This document shows positions 1-8,965 of a DNA stretch of 14,132 nt, piece by piece. A program made the translations under genes and the position numbers. This DNA is from a bacterium. Its GTDB lineage: Bacteria > SZUA-182 > DTGQ01 > JAFGSM01. A model generated the notes under the pieces. It searched no databases. It saw only the letters and a list, made by a program, of their open reading frames with translations, and was not told the DNA's origin. The stretch lies in contig JBLIRP010000092.1 in the NCBI GenBank assembly GCA_049472355.1, positions 1 to 14,132 of the forward strand, read 5' to 3'. How positions within the stretch are numbered: the stretch's first letter is position 1; the number at the start of each line of letters is the position of its first letter.

Positions 1-1142
1 TCGATCATCCTTTGCGCCGCGTTCCTGGCCCAGGCATGGACCTCGAGTGCATCCTCAATCCGTTGGATCGATTGCGGCAAGTGTTTGTCAAGACACCGTT
101 TGATTACCTCCGGGATCGACAGATAGGGGATCCGTCGCGCGCAGAACGCCTCAACGGCCACCTCATTCGCTGCGTTGAGCACCACCGGCAGGCTCTCCTC
201 CCCCTCGATGGCCTGGTAGGCAAGCCCCAGGCAGGGAAACCTCACCTGGTCAGGCTCCGCAAAGGTCAGCGGTCCCGCCTTCACCAGGTCGAGTGCGCCC
301 CAGTCACAGGGCAGGGATTCCGGAAAGCCCAGTGCCTTCATGATGGGCAGGCGCATATCGGGTATACTGAGCAGCGCCATAATCGATCCGTCTTTATATT
401 CTACCATAGAATGGATGATACTTTCAGCATGTACGAGCACCGAGATCATCGTTGCCGGCACATCGAAGAGCCAGCGGGCCTCGATCACCTCCAGCCCCTT
501 GTTCATCATTGTCGATGAGTCGATGGTCACCTTCTTTCCCATCTGCCACACCGGATGGTCAAGGGCCATCTCGGGGGTGAGCCCCTCCATCTGGGCGCGC
601 GTATACTCCCTGAACGGTCCCCCCGATGCGGTGAGGATGATCCTGGAGACGTCCTCCATCCTCCTGCCCTCAAGGCAGTGAAAGACCGCGGAATGCTCGC
701 TGTCCACCGGCAGGATGGTCACCTCTCGCTCCCCGGCGAGCCTGGTGACGATCCCCCCCGCCATCACCAGCGACTCCTTGTTGGCAAGGGCTACGTCGTG
801 GCCCGAATCGATGGCCCAATAGGTGGGTAGGAGCCCGGACGAGCCGCTGATCGCCGCCACCACCAAGTCCGCATCAATGCATGCCGCCTCCTTCAGTCCC
901 TCCTGGCCGGTCACCACCCTCACCCCGGTCGTCCCGATTTCATTCAGCAGGGAATCCCTTTCCTCATCACCCGGCACGGATACCAGGGAAGGCTGGAATT
1001 CCCTCACCTGTTCCGCCAGACGGTCCACGTTCCTCCCTGCGGCCAGGGCCGTGATCCGGAACCGGTCCGTGAAACGCCTCACCACATCGAGGGTACTGGT
1101 CCCGATCGATCCAGTGGAGCCGAGCACGCTCAATCGTTTCAT
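1..1142 (-). CDS. dxr: 1-deoxy-D-xylulose 5-phosphate reductoisomerase (3' end runs off the window)
   Basis: Absent from the ORF track because there is no stop inside the window. Manual translation from ATG 1142 gives MKRLSVLGSTGSIGTSTLDVV...LANKESLVMAG...ILTASGGPF...MGKKVTIDSSTMMNKGLEVIEA...IEDALEVHAWARNAAQRMI, which are DXR signature motifs. SD-like AGGGGA lies upstream; position after cdsA is canonical. Confidence 0.97.
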   Translation of the reverse strand, partial: MKRLSVLGSTGSIGTSTLDVVRRFTDRFRITALAAGRNVDRLAEQVREFQPSLVSVPGDEERDSLLNEIGTTGVRVVTGQEGLKEAACIDADLVVAAISGSSGLLPTYWAIDSGHDVALANKESLVMAGGIVTRLAGEREVTILPVDSEHSAVFHCLEGRRMEDVSRIILTASGGPFREYTRAQMEGLTPEMALDHPVWQMGKKVTIDSSTMMNKGLEVIEARWLFDVPATMISVLVHAESIIHSMVEYKDGSIMALLSIPDMRLPIMKALGFPESLPCDWGALDLVKAGPLTFAEPDQVRFPCLGLAYQAIEGEESLPVVLNAANEVAVEAFCARRIPYLSIPEVIKRCLDKHLPQSIQRIEDALEVHAWARNAAQRMI

Positions 1143-1182
1143 ACACATCCCCTTTGAAGGCATACCCTCCGTTATCGTTGCC

Positions 1183-2007
1183 TCATCCCCCCCGGGCAAA
1201 GGGTGCGAAAATGATACAGCAGTAAAAGACCGGGGCGCTGAATATGAGCCCGTCGATGCGATCCAGCAGCCCCCCGTGCCCCGGCAGGATGTTTCCGCTC
1301 TCCTTCACCCCGGCCCATCGCTTCAGTATGGACTCGCTCAGGTCGCCGAGCTGTCCGAAACACCCCACCGCAAGCCCCATGAGCGGATGAAAGGCAAGGG
1401 GGGCCGCCGGAAACCACCACCGTCCCAGGATAAGGGCGGCGATAGCGCTCCCTGCAAGGCCACCCACCATCCCCTCCACCGTCTTCTTAGGGCTGATGGT
1501 CGGACACATGGAGTGCCTGCCCACGAGGCTGCCGATATAGTAGGCCATGGTATCCCCGGTCCAGATGATGGCAAGGAGGAGAAAGACGAGGTACGCACCC
1601 CCTTCGAGCCCCCGGATGAGGATGAGAAAGCCCATCATCAGCGGGACATAGACAAGCCCCAGGAGGGTCCCGCTGATCCGGGGAACGGACTCGGAAAAGG
1701 GACGCGGGGATGCAAGGCAGGCGAAGAAGAGGGCGATGACGCAGCCGGTGAGCACCAGGAGGATGAACAGGGGGGCCCTGAGCATGAACGCCAGGGTGAG
1801 CAGGAAACCGAGCACCATCCCTCCCTTTCTGAATCCGGGGCTTCCCCCCTTTTCCGTAATGGTATGAAATTCAGCCATCCCCTTCAGAACACAGGCCAGG
1901 ATCAGGAGGTTGAAGGGGATCCCCCTGCCGAAAAGAACCGCGGCAACCAGGATGGGGAGGAGCAAGGCGGAGGTAAGCACACGTTTGACATGGTTCGAGC
2001 CGCTCAT
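1183..2007 (-). CDS. cdsA: Phosphatidate cytidylyltransferase
   Basis: Multi-TM protein with DTMAYYIG, ISPKKTVEG, GDLSESILKRWAGVKESGNILPGHGGLLDRID motifs. ATGA overlap with uppS. Confidence 0.97.
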   Translation of the reverse strand: MSGSNHVKRVLTSALLLPILVAAVLFGRGIPFNLLILACVLKGMAEFHTITEKGGSPGFRKGGMVLGFLLTLAFMLRAPLFILLVLTGCVIALFFACLASPRPFSESVPRISGTLLGLVYVPLMMGFLILIRGLEGGAYLVFLLLAIIWTGDTMAYYIGSLVGRHSMCPTISPKKTVEGMVGGLAGSAIAALILGRWWFPAAPLAFHPLMGLAVGCFGQLGDLSESILKRWAGVKESGNILPGHGGLLDRIDGLIFSAPVFYCCIIFAPFARGG

Positions 2008-2789
2008 TGTTTTCCCCGGGGAAACGCCGCAACCCTGCCGAAACGCCGCTCCCGCTTCTGGTAATCGATCAGCGCCTGGAGGAATTCACCCCTGCGGAAA
2101 TCCGGCCACAGGGTCTGGGTGATCCAGAATTCCGCATAGGCGAGCTGCCAGAGGAGAAAGTTGCTCACCCTCATCTCCCCGCTCGTGCGAATGAGCAGGT
2201 CGGGCTCGGGAAGGCCGGCCGTGTACAGGTGCCGGCTGAACAGATCCTCGTCGATCTCCTCGGGCCTGACCAGCCCCTCTTGTACCTTTAGGACGATCTG
2301 CCTGGCAGCATGGCAGATCTCCGTCTGCCCTCCATAATTGAGCGCCAGGTTGAGGATGAGGCCCCTGTTTTCTCCCGTCTTCTCCATGGCAAAGGCGAGC
2401 ATCTCCTGCACATTCGCGGGAAGTCCCTGGATGTCGCCGATTGCCATCAGACGGATGTCGTTTTCCATCATCTCGGGGATCTCCCGTTTCAGGTAGCGGA
2501 TGAGGAGATTCATCAGGGTGCTCACCTCCCGCTTCGGCCTGCTCCAGTTCTGTGTGGAGAAGGCATAGAGGGTGAGCACCTCCAACCCTATCTCGGCGCT
2601 TGCCTCCACAATGTCCCGTACCGATTTGATCCCCTCGCGGTGGCCGGCGACCCTGGTCAACCTCCGCTGCTGCGCCCACCTCCCGTTCCCGTCCATGATA
2701 ATCGCCACATGGCGCGGCATCCGGCTGGGGTCGATTCGGGCCTTCAATGCCTCCACATCGTAGGAAGATTCGCTGTCCCTGTTGTTCAT
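2004..2789 (-). CDS. uppS: Undecaprenyl diphosphate synthase / cis-isoprenyl transferase
   Basis: PRHVAIIMDGNGRWA, LTLYAFSTQNWSRP, PDLLIRTSGEMRVSNFLLWQ, RERRFG motifs. I prefer ATG 2789 (ATGA overlap with the ribF stop); the alternative start is 2810. Confidence 0.97.
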   Translation of the reverse strand: MNNRDSESSYDVEALKARIDPSRMPRHVAIIMDGNGRWAQQRRLTRVAGHREGIKSVRDIVEASAEIGLEVLTLYAFSTQNWSRPKREVSTLMNLLIRYLKREIPEMMENDIRLMAIGDIQGLPANVQEMLAFAMEKTGENRGLILNLALNYGGQTEICHAARQIVLKVQEGLVRPEEIDEDLFSRHLYTAGLPEPDLLIRTSGEMRVSNFLLWQLAYAEFWITQTLWPDFRRGEFLQALIDYQKRERRFGRVAAFPRGKQ

Positions 2790-3721
2790 CGGGTTTGTCC
2801 GCTTAGCCATTGGTGCACCGTGGTGACATCGTCCTCTATCTGTTTGATGAGGTCCTGGGGGGAGGAAAAGGCGATCTCGTCCCTGATCCGCCGCTGAAAT
2901 CTCACCCGGAGCCTCTGGCCGTACAGGTCCTCGTGAAGGTCCAGGATGTACACCTCGATCCCCATGTCCCCCTCACTTCCGAAGGTGGGCTTGAACCCCA
3001 GATTGGCCAGCCCGTGCCAGACCCCTTCCCCCTTTTCCACCTTGACCAGGTAAACGCCCCGTGGCGGAACCACCTTGGAAATCACCTTGAGGTTGGCCGT
3101 TGGGTATCCCATGCGCCATCCCCGGCCGCACCCCCTGGCGACCTTTCCTGTTATGCAGTATTCATATCCCAAAAGGCGGTTCGCCGCCTCGATCTCACCC
3201 TTTTGAATGCAATCGCGGATAAGGGAACTGCTGATCACCGTTCCGTCCACGGTGGTCAGGTCCATACGAATAACCTGAAAGCCATACGTGCGCCCCATCT
3301 CCTCGAGCAGGGAGAGCGTACCGGTGCGATTGCGGCCGAAGGTGAATCCGCTCCCCAGGACGATCTCGCTGATGCCAAGGGTATCCACCAGGATCTCCTT
3401 CACGAACCGCTCCGGATCGAGGGTGGCAAGGCGATTGTCGAACCGGACCAGGAGCAGGATATCCAGGTTCCACCGGGCCAGGAGGGCCACGCGTTCATGG
3501 AGCGTGGTGAGAAGCCGGGTGGGGGTATCGGGATTGAGCACCCACCGCGGATGGGGATTAAAGGTGAGGAGCATTCCCTTCCCCCCGATCGCTGCGGCCC
3601 GGTCCATGGTGGTCCTGATCACCTTCCGGTGCCCCAGATGAAGGCCGTCGAAGTTTCCCATGGACAGACAGATCTTCTCCGCAACAGGCCGATAATTATG
3701 CAATCCTCTGATTATGATCAT
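2786..3721 (-). CDS. ribF: Bifunctional riboflavin kinase / FAD synthetase
   Basis: GNFDGLHLGH, TFNPHP, ISSSLIR, GYPTAN, NLGFKPTF, IEVYILD motifs. Homology begins at MIIIRG (3721). An upstream ATG at 3829 preceded by GGAGG would add 36 aa. Confidence 0.96.
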   Translation of the reverse strand: MIIIRGLHNYRPVAEKICLSMGNFDGLHLGHRKVIRTTMDRAAAIGGKGMLLTFNPHPRWVLNPDTPTRLLTTLHERVALLARWNLDILLLVRFDNRLATLDPERFVKEILVDTLGISEIVLGSGFTFGRNRTGTLSLLEEMGRTYGFQVIRMDLTTVDGTVISSSLIRDCIQKGEIEAANRLLGYEYCITGKVARGCGRGWRMGYPTANLKVISKVVPPRGVYLVKVEKGEGVWHGLANLGFKPTFGSEGDMGIEVYILDLHEDLYGQRLRVRFQRRIRDEIAFSSPQDLIKQIEDDVTTVHQWLSGQTR

Positions 3722-3864
3722 ACCGTGGTCTCGAACATTCCCGGCGCCGTGTGCCCTGTAGAGGATGCCCGCTGAACCGGGGTGATTGCCAAGGGTATCC
3801 GTGTCCCGCAGGTAAGGCATTATACCCATGCCTTCCTCCGGGAAACCATGGAAGTCAAAACCTC

Positions 3865-3893
3865 ATTCTATTTTAGCGCTATTTCCTTGTCAA
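3865..3893 (-). promoter_or_regulatory. sigma70-type promoter for ribF-uppS-cdsA-dxr
   Basis: Minus strand reads TTGACA (3893-3888), 17 nt, TAGAAT (3870-3865). Confidence 0.75.
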
Positions 3894-3910
3894 ATGAGAA
3901 GGGCGGGGAA

Positions 3911-3970
3911 CAGCAATTTTGATTTTGGACCTCTGCCCACGACGATGCAACATCAAAATTAGAATTGTTG
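3911..3970. repeat. 18-bp imperfect inverted repeat with a 24-nt spacer
   Basis: CAGCAATTTTGATTTTGG (3911-3928) pairs with TCAAAATTAGAATTGTTG (3953-3970): 14 Watson-Crick plus 4 G-U pairs on the + strand. Confidence 0.7.
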
Positions 3971-4061
3971 TAGGGGGAAACAACAGCATTCCCGCCTGTA
4001 CAGCGTTTAGGGTGTATCACCCGCACCACGGACGCCGATGCAATTCCCCCGGCGCTGCCGT

Positions 4062-4964
4062 TCATTCCTTGGGGGGAAAGATGTCCCGATCCAGGTCGGG
4101 TATCTCGCGTCTCAAAAAGGACTTCAGCTTCCTGACCAGGTTCTTTTCCGTATACCGGATGGCCTCCCTGGTCTTGTCGAACTTGCTTGCAATCTCCTGG
4201 AGCGTGGCGGGCTTTTCCCGCAGGAGCCGCTCTTCCAGGATGACCCGTTCCCGGTCGGAGATTCCCTTCTTGAACTTCTCGATCTTTTCCGTAACGATCG
4301 TCTGGAACTGGCCGCGTGCGGTCTGCTCCTCGGCCGATGCCACCTCGTCGGGGATGATGTCGATCAGGGCAGGCCCCTCCTCGTCGGTGCTCGTCGCCTC
4401 CAGGGAGAGGTCGCCATGCTCCAGCGTCTGGGTCATTTCGATGATCTCCGATTCCTTAGCCCCCAGGTTCTGCGCCAGGAGCTTCGGCCCGGGAACAATC
4501 CCCATGGACTCCAGCCGGGCCCTTTCCTTGTGCAGATTGTAAAAGAGCTTCCTCCTCTTGTTGGTGGTCCCGATCTTGACCAGGCGCCAGTTATCCAGGA
4601 TATACTTGAGGATGTAGGCCCTGATCCACCAACTGGCATAGGTGCTGAAGCGCACATCACGGTAGGGGTCGAATCGCTTCAACGCCTCCATGAGCCCGAT
4701 ATTTCCCTCCTGGATAAGGTCCAGAAGGTTCTGCTGCCGGGTCCGGAACTCCATGACCAGCTTTACCACCAGCAGCAGGTTGGAGGTGATCAGGATGGAG
4801 GCGGCCTGCCGGTCCTTGTGCTTCCAGTAGCGAAGGGCGAGCTCGTGCTCCTGTTCCCTGGTGAGCACGGGATATTTCTTGACCTCCTCCATGTAGCGCA
4901 TGAAGGGATCATAGTGGATGATCTGGACGTCCCGGGTGACCGGGGGTTGAGATTTTTTGGCCAC
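4062..4964 (-). CDS. rpoH: RNA polymerase sigma factor, RpoH/sigma-32-like (sigma70 family)
   Basis: Region 1.2 YMEEVKKYPVLTREQE; region 2 DLIQEGNIGLMEALKRFDP..RFSTYASWWIRAYI; RpoH-box-like WRLVKIGTTNKRRKLFYNL; region 4 TLQEIASKFDKTREAIR. Start placed at GTG 4964 after GGAGGGAG, because the ORF-track TTG at 5078 is part of the -35 box. Exact orthology among sigma-32-like paralogues is uncertain. Confidence 0.85.
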   Translation of the reverse strand: MAKKSQPPVTRDVQIIHYDPFMRYMEEVKKYPVLTREQEHELALRYWKHKDRQAASILITSNLLLVVKLVMEFRTRQQNLLDLIQEGNIGLMEALKRFDPYRDVRFSTYASWWIRAYILKYILDNWRLVKIGTTNKRRKLFYNLHKERARLESMGIVPGPKLLAQNLGAKESEIIEMTQTLEHGDLSLEATSTDEEGPALIDIIPDEVASAEEQTARGQFQTIVTEKIEKFKKGISDRERVILEERLLREKPATLQEIASKFDKTREAIRYTEKNLVRKLKSFLRREIPDLDRDIFPPKE

Positions 4965-5048
4965 GGTGCCTCTCCCTCCATTGATCAAAGGGGTGAACGC
5001 ACCCCTGCCCTCCGCGCCCCGGACATGGATACACCCGGGGTCGCCATC

Positions 5049-5078
5049 ATTATAAGGCCTTTTCGCCTTGACTGTCAA
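5049..5078 (-). promoter_or_regulatory. sigma70-type promoter of the rpoH-like gene
   Basis: Minus strand reads TTGACA (5078-5073), 18 nt, TATAAT (5054-5049). The -35 box lies within the palindrome TTGAC-T-GTCAA (5068-5078). Confidence 0.78.
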
Positions 5079-5126
5079 TCGATTATGGGAATTCTGCCAG
5101 TCATGTGAATCCTCATTCCCACGACA

Positions 5127-8100
5127 TTGGCCCAGCTCAGTGGGCCAAGCAAAGCAACGGTGGATGCGCAGGGCAATCTCTATATCACGGATGAGCGGAA
5201 CAAGAGGGTCAGAAAGGTGGACAGGGACGGGATCATCACCACCGTGGCCGGGGGCGGTCGACTACTGAACGTTGACGGTGTCCCCGCCATCCAGGCCCAG
5301 TTGTATGAACCACGAGACATTGCCGTCGACGATGCAGGCAATCTTTACATTGTCGATTACAATACGGTAAAGAGAGTTGACGGAAACGGCATGATCGCCC
5401 GGATCGTCGGCACGGGAAAACTCGGTTTTGCGGGCGACGGGGGGCCTGCCGTAGATGCGATCACCAATTTTCCTGCAAGCGTTGCCTGTGATTCCCAGGG
5501 AAACGTCTATATCGCGGACAATAACCGCGTCCGGATGATCAGCACCACCGGAATCATCAACACCATTGCGGGAAACGGCGATTTGGAAAGCACCGGGGAC
5601 GGCGGCCCCGCCCTTTCCGCCTCGTTTGCACCCCAGAGCATCGACGTCGACTCAAAGGGGAACATCTACATCGTGGATGCGTACGGCACCAGCATCCGGA
5701 AGGTGAGCCCTGGCGGCATCATAACGACACTCGTTGATTTCAATCTCACCACTCCCGTCCCGTACAAGATAGCCGTGGATAATCATGACAATGTCTATTA
5801 CGTGGACATGCACCAGAACAAGATAAAGCTTGTGAACCAGAACGGTGAGATCAGCGAGGTGGCGGGAAACGGCAGCCACATCCACGCCGGGGATGGAGGC
5901 GCCCCCCTCCAGGCATCCTTCAAGCCCGTCGATGTCGCCGTAAGCCCCGTCGGGGACGTCTATATCGTGGACTACAACGTCAACCGTATCCGCAAGGTGA
6001 GCAGGTCCTTTGTCTTTTCCTCGGACCAGGGCATCCTCGTGCCCGACCAGGGAGGCATCGGCTACCTGATGAGCCCCGGGGGAAGACACCTTGAAACCAT
6101 CGACCTTGACACCCAGAAGACCCTGCTTACCTTTTCCTATGACGGCCATGGAAGGCTCATTGCGGTCACCGACCGATTCGGCAACCGGACCTCCATCCTG
6201 AGAGACTCCCAGGGACGGCCCTACTCGATCCTCTCCCCCGACGGCATGGAGACCTCGCTCACCATCGACCTGTTCAATCACCTGCGCGAGGTCACCTATC
6301 CGGACGGCTCCCACGACGACTTTGACTATACCACAGGCGGCCTCATGACCGGAAAATATACCCCGAACGGTAACCATGTCGCCTGCCTGTACACGGACGA
6401 CGGTAAGCTCTCCGAGGTGGTCGATCCCGAGGAGGGACGCTGGCTTTATGACCGGGAAATAGACCTTCTGGGATACGTGATCAGCACCGCCACCACCCCC
6501 GAGGGGAACACCACCCGCTACCGGGACCGCACCTACTCGAACGGTGATTATACCTCCTCGATCACCGGCCCCACCGGTGAGACGACCGAATACACCCGGT
6601 CTGCCGACGGGCTTTTCATCGGCAAGGCGCTTCCCTGCGGCGCCACCCTTTCCTTTACCTCCGCCATCGATCACCAGCACCGCATCCCCTACATCCTGGA
6701 GTCGAGCGAAAGGGCCCCCTCCGGCCTCACCAGGACCGTTGCCACAAACCGCGCATACACCGACACAAACGACGACGGGGTAAAGGACCTCGTCACCACC
6801 ACCACCTCGATAAACACCAAGACCGTGGTCACGACCGATGACACCATCCAGGGGATGGAGACCACCACCTCGCCTGAGGGCAGGGCGGTGGCCACCTTCT
6901 ATGATCCCGACACCCTGTTGACCCAGAGCGTAAGCGTGCCCGGCCTTTTTGACACCGCATACGGCTACGATGCCCGGGGCAGGCTCATCACCATCGCCAC
7001 CGATGCACGGAGCACCAGCTTCGCCTACAACCCCCAGGGGCAGCTTGCCTCCATCACCGATCCGCAGGCCCATACCACCTCCTACGCTTACGACGCCATG
7101 GGCCGCATCACCCGCATCGACCGGCCTGACGGATCCAGCGTAGGATTCAGCTACGACCTGAACGGCAACATGACCCTGCTCACCACCCCCTCCTCAATCG
7201 ATCACGGCTTCGGCTACAACGGTGTGGATCTGAACACCGCCTACCAGACGCCCTTGAGCGGCGCCTACAACTACACCTATGATAAGGACCGGCGCCTTAT
7301 ACAGACGATCTTCCCCTCAGGAAAAGAGATCCGCAATATCTACGATAAAACCAGGCTCGTGCAGATCCAAACCCCGGAAGGGGAGATCGATTGTACCTAT
7401 TCCTGCGGGAGCACAGTGGCATCCATCACCAAGGGCATCGAGTCGATAAGCTATGATTACGACGGGAAGCTCCTCACCCAGGAGACCCTCTCCGGGACGC
7501 TGAACAGGACACTGAGCTACACCTATAACAATGATTTCGATATCGCAGGCTTTACCTATGCCGGTAATACTATAAACTATACTTATGACAATGATGGGCT
7601 CCTCACTGGTGCAGGGGGCTTCACCATCACCCGCAATGCCCAAAACGGCCTTCCCGATTCGGTGTCCGGCGGCGGCCTGAGCCACACCCGCACCTTCAAC
7701 GGATACGGTGAGGTGGAAGGGCAGGCCATGTCGGTCAATGCCAGTCCCATCGCCTCCTGGAGCCTTGTCAGGGACAATTCCGGCAGGATAACGGAGAAGG
7801 CTGAAACCGCAGCAGGCATCACCTCCAACTATCAGTACACCTATGATCCCATGGGACGTCTCCTCACAGTGACAAAGGAAGGTGCTCTGGTGGAGGAATA
7901 CCAGTACGGTCCCAATGGGACCCGGACCTTCGAGATGAATGCGCTGCGGGGCATTTCCGGAAGGGAATTTACCTACTCGGATGAGGATCACCTGCTCATG
8001 GCCAAGGACCTGTTCACCGAAGCCGTCACCTCATACCAGTATGATGCGGATGGTTTCCTCACCGAAAAGAGCATTACGGAAAAGACACAAGGTGATGATG

Positions 8101-8933
8101 TCGCTATTGTCACCACCTACGATTACTCCTCCCGTGGGGAGCTTCAAAGGGTCGACCTCCCGGACGGCAGGGTGATCGAGTACCTCAATGATCCGCTGGG
8201 AAGGAGGATTGCCAAGAAGGTGAATGGTGCCATAACAGAGAAATACCTCTGGCAGGGGCTCACCCGGCTGCTTGCCGTATATGACGGATCGGACAATCTC
8301 ATCATGCGGTCTGAATACGCCGATGCGAGGATGCCCGTTGCCATGACAAAGGGCGCCTCCACCTATTACCTTACCTATGACCAGGTGGGTTCTCTGAGAA
8401 TTGTTGCGGACGCATCTGGTAATGTGATAAAAAGGATCGATTACGATTCCTTTGGGAATATTATTAATGATACCAATCCGGCATTTGAAATTCCCCTTGG
8501 CTTTGCCGGCGGTCTCCATGACAGAGACACCGGCCTTGTGAGATTCGGATACAGGGATTATGATCCAGAAACAGGAAGATGGACCGCAAAGGATTCGATA
8601 TTATTTAAAACTGGATACATATCCATTTATGAATATGTTTATAATGACCCAATTAATTTGGTTGATGCATGGGGATTATACCCAAATAATGCAAATGAAG
8701 TTCCGTTTATATTACATGTTTTAACAAATCCAGCTATCATAGTTGCAATGGATCTTAAAAAAGGGCAATTATTTTTAGTATATTCAGATATAATTAACGA
8801 TACATATAAGTTAAAACAAATATCAGGACCTTTGAGAAAGGAACCTTTATATATACCAAAAGATCTATCGCTTTTTCCGGAAGATCTATTATTTTATCAA
8901 GAAGATAAATATGATAGTATGTGTAATATATAA
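5127..8933 (+). CDS. Teneurin-like NHL-repeat + YD/Rhs-repeat protein with Rhs core and polymorphic C-terminal tip; probably lacks its N-terminus
   Basis: About six NHL repeats (GDGGPA...P..VA.D..GNVYIAD..RVR) in aa 1-292. YD repeats follow (YGYDARGRL, YAYDAMGRI, YTYDPMGRL). Rhs core: DQVGSLR...YDSFG...GFAGGLHDRDTGLVRFGYRDYDPETGRWTAKD...NDPINLVDAWGL, then an 84-aa AT-rich tip. Confidence 0.92.
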   Translation: MAQLSGPSKATVDAQGNLYITDERNKRVRKVDRDGIITTVAGGGRLLNVDGVPAIQAQLYEPRDIAVDDAGNLYIVDYNTVKRVDGNGMIARIVGTGKLGFAGDGGPAVDAITNFPASVACDSQGNVYIADNNRVRMISTTGIINTIAGNGDLESTGDGGPALSASFAPQSIDVDSKGNIYIVDAYGTSIRKVSPGGIITTLVDFNLTTPVPYKIAVDNHDNVYYVDMHQNKIKLVNQNGEISEVAGNGSHIHAGDGGAPLQASFKPVDVAVSPVGDVYIVDYNVNRIRKVSRSFVFSSDQGILVPDQGGIGYLMSPGGRHLETIDLDTQKTLLTFSYDGHGRLIAVTDRFGNRTSILRDSQGRPYSILSPDGMETSLTIDLFNHLREVTYPDGSHDDFDYTTGGLMTGKYTPNGNHVACLYTDDGKLSEVVDPEEGRWLYDREIDLLGYVISTATTPEGNTTRYRDRTYSNGDYTSSITGPTGETTEYTRSADGLFIGKALPCGATLSFTSAIDHQHRIPYILESSERAPSGLTRTVATNRAYTDTNDDGVKDLVTTTTSINTKTVVTTDDTIQGMETTTSPEGRAVATFYDPDTLLTQSVSVPGLFDTAYGYDARGRLITIATDARSTSFAYNPQGQLASITDPQAHTTSYAYDAMGRITRIDRPDGSSVGFSYDLNGNMTLLTTPSSIDHGFGYNGVDLNTAYQTPLSGAYNYTYDKDRRLIQTIFPSGKEIRNIYDKTRLVQIQTPEGEIDCTYSCGSTVASITKGIESISYDYDGKLLTQETLSGTLNRTLSYTYNNDFDIAGFTYAGNTINYTYDNDGLLTGAGGFTITRNAQNGLPDSVSGGGLSHTRTFNGYGEVEGQAMSVNASPIASWSLVRDNSGRITEKAETAAGITSNYQYTYDPMGRLLTVTKEGALVEEYQYGPNGTRTFEMNALRGISGREFTYSDEDHLLMAKDLFTEAVTSYQYDADGFLTEKSITEKTQGDDVAIVTTYDYSSRGELQRVDLPDGRVIEYLNDPLGRRIAKKVNGAITEKYLWQGLTRLLAVYDGSDNLIMRSEYADARMPVAMTKGASTYYLTYDQVGSLRIVADASGNVIKRIDYDSFGNIINDTNPAFEIPLGFAGGLHDRDTGLVRFGYRDYDPETGRWTAKDSILFKTGYISIYEYVYNDPINLVDAWGLYPNNANEVPFILHVLTNPAIIVAMDLKKGQLFLVYSDIINDTYKLKQISGPLRKEPLYIPKDLSLFPEDLLFYQEDKYDSMCNI

Positions 8934-8965
8934 ATATCAATCTTAGTTAAAGTATAGGTCAATAT

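Noticed and set aside
3722..3860. FMN riboswitch in the ribF leader
   Set aside because: No RFN consensus segments are recognisable; there is only a short AAGGCAT/ATGCCTT hairpin.
4965..5078. 38-aa N-terminal extension of the sigma factor, and a CIRCE element upstream
   Set aside because: The TTG start coincides with the -35 box and a strong SD precedes GTG 4964. No TTAGCACTC-N9-GAGTGCTAA is present.
12..5108. Long plus-strand ORFs (12-518, 823-2064, 2310-2897, 2810-3775, 4038-5108 and others)
   Set aside because: They are antisense shadows of dxr, cdsA, uppS, ribF and rpoH in high-GC DNA, with no recognisable motifs.
5652..8519. Minus-strand ORFs 5652-7073, 7317-7991 and 8031-8519
   Set aside because: They are shadows of the Rhs gene caused by codon bias.
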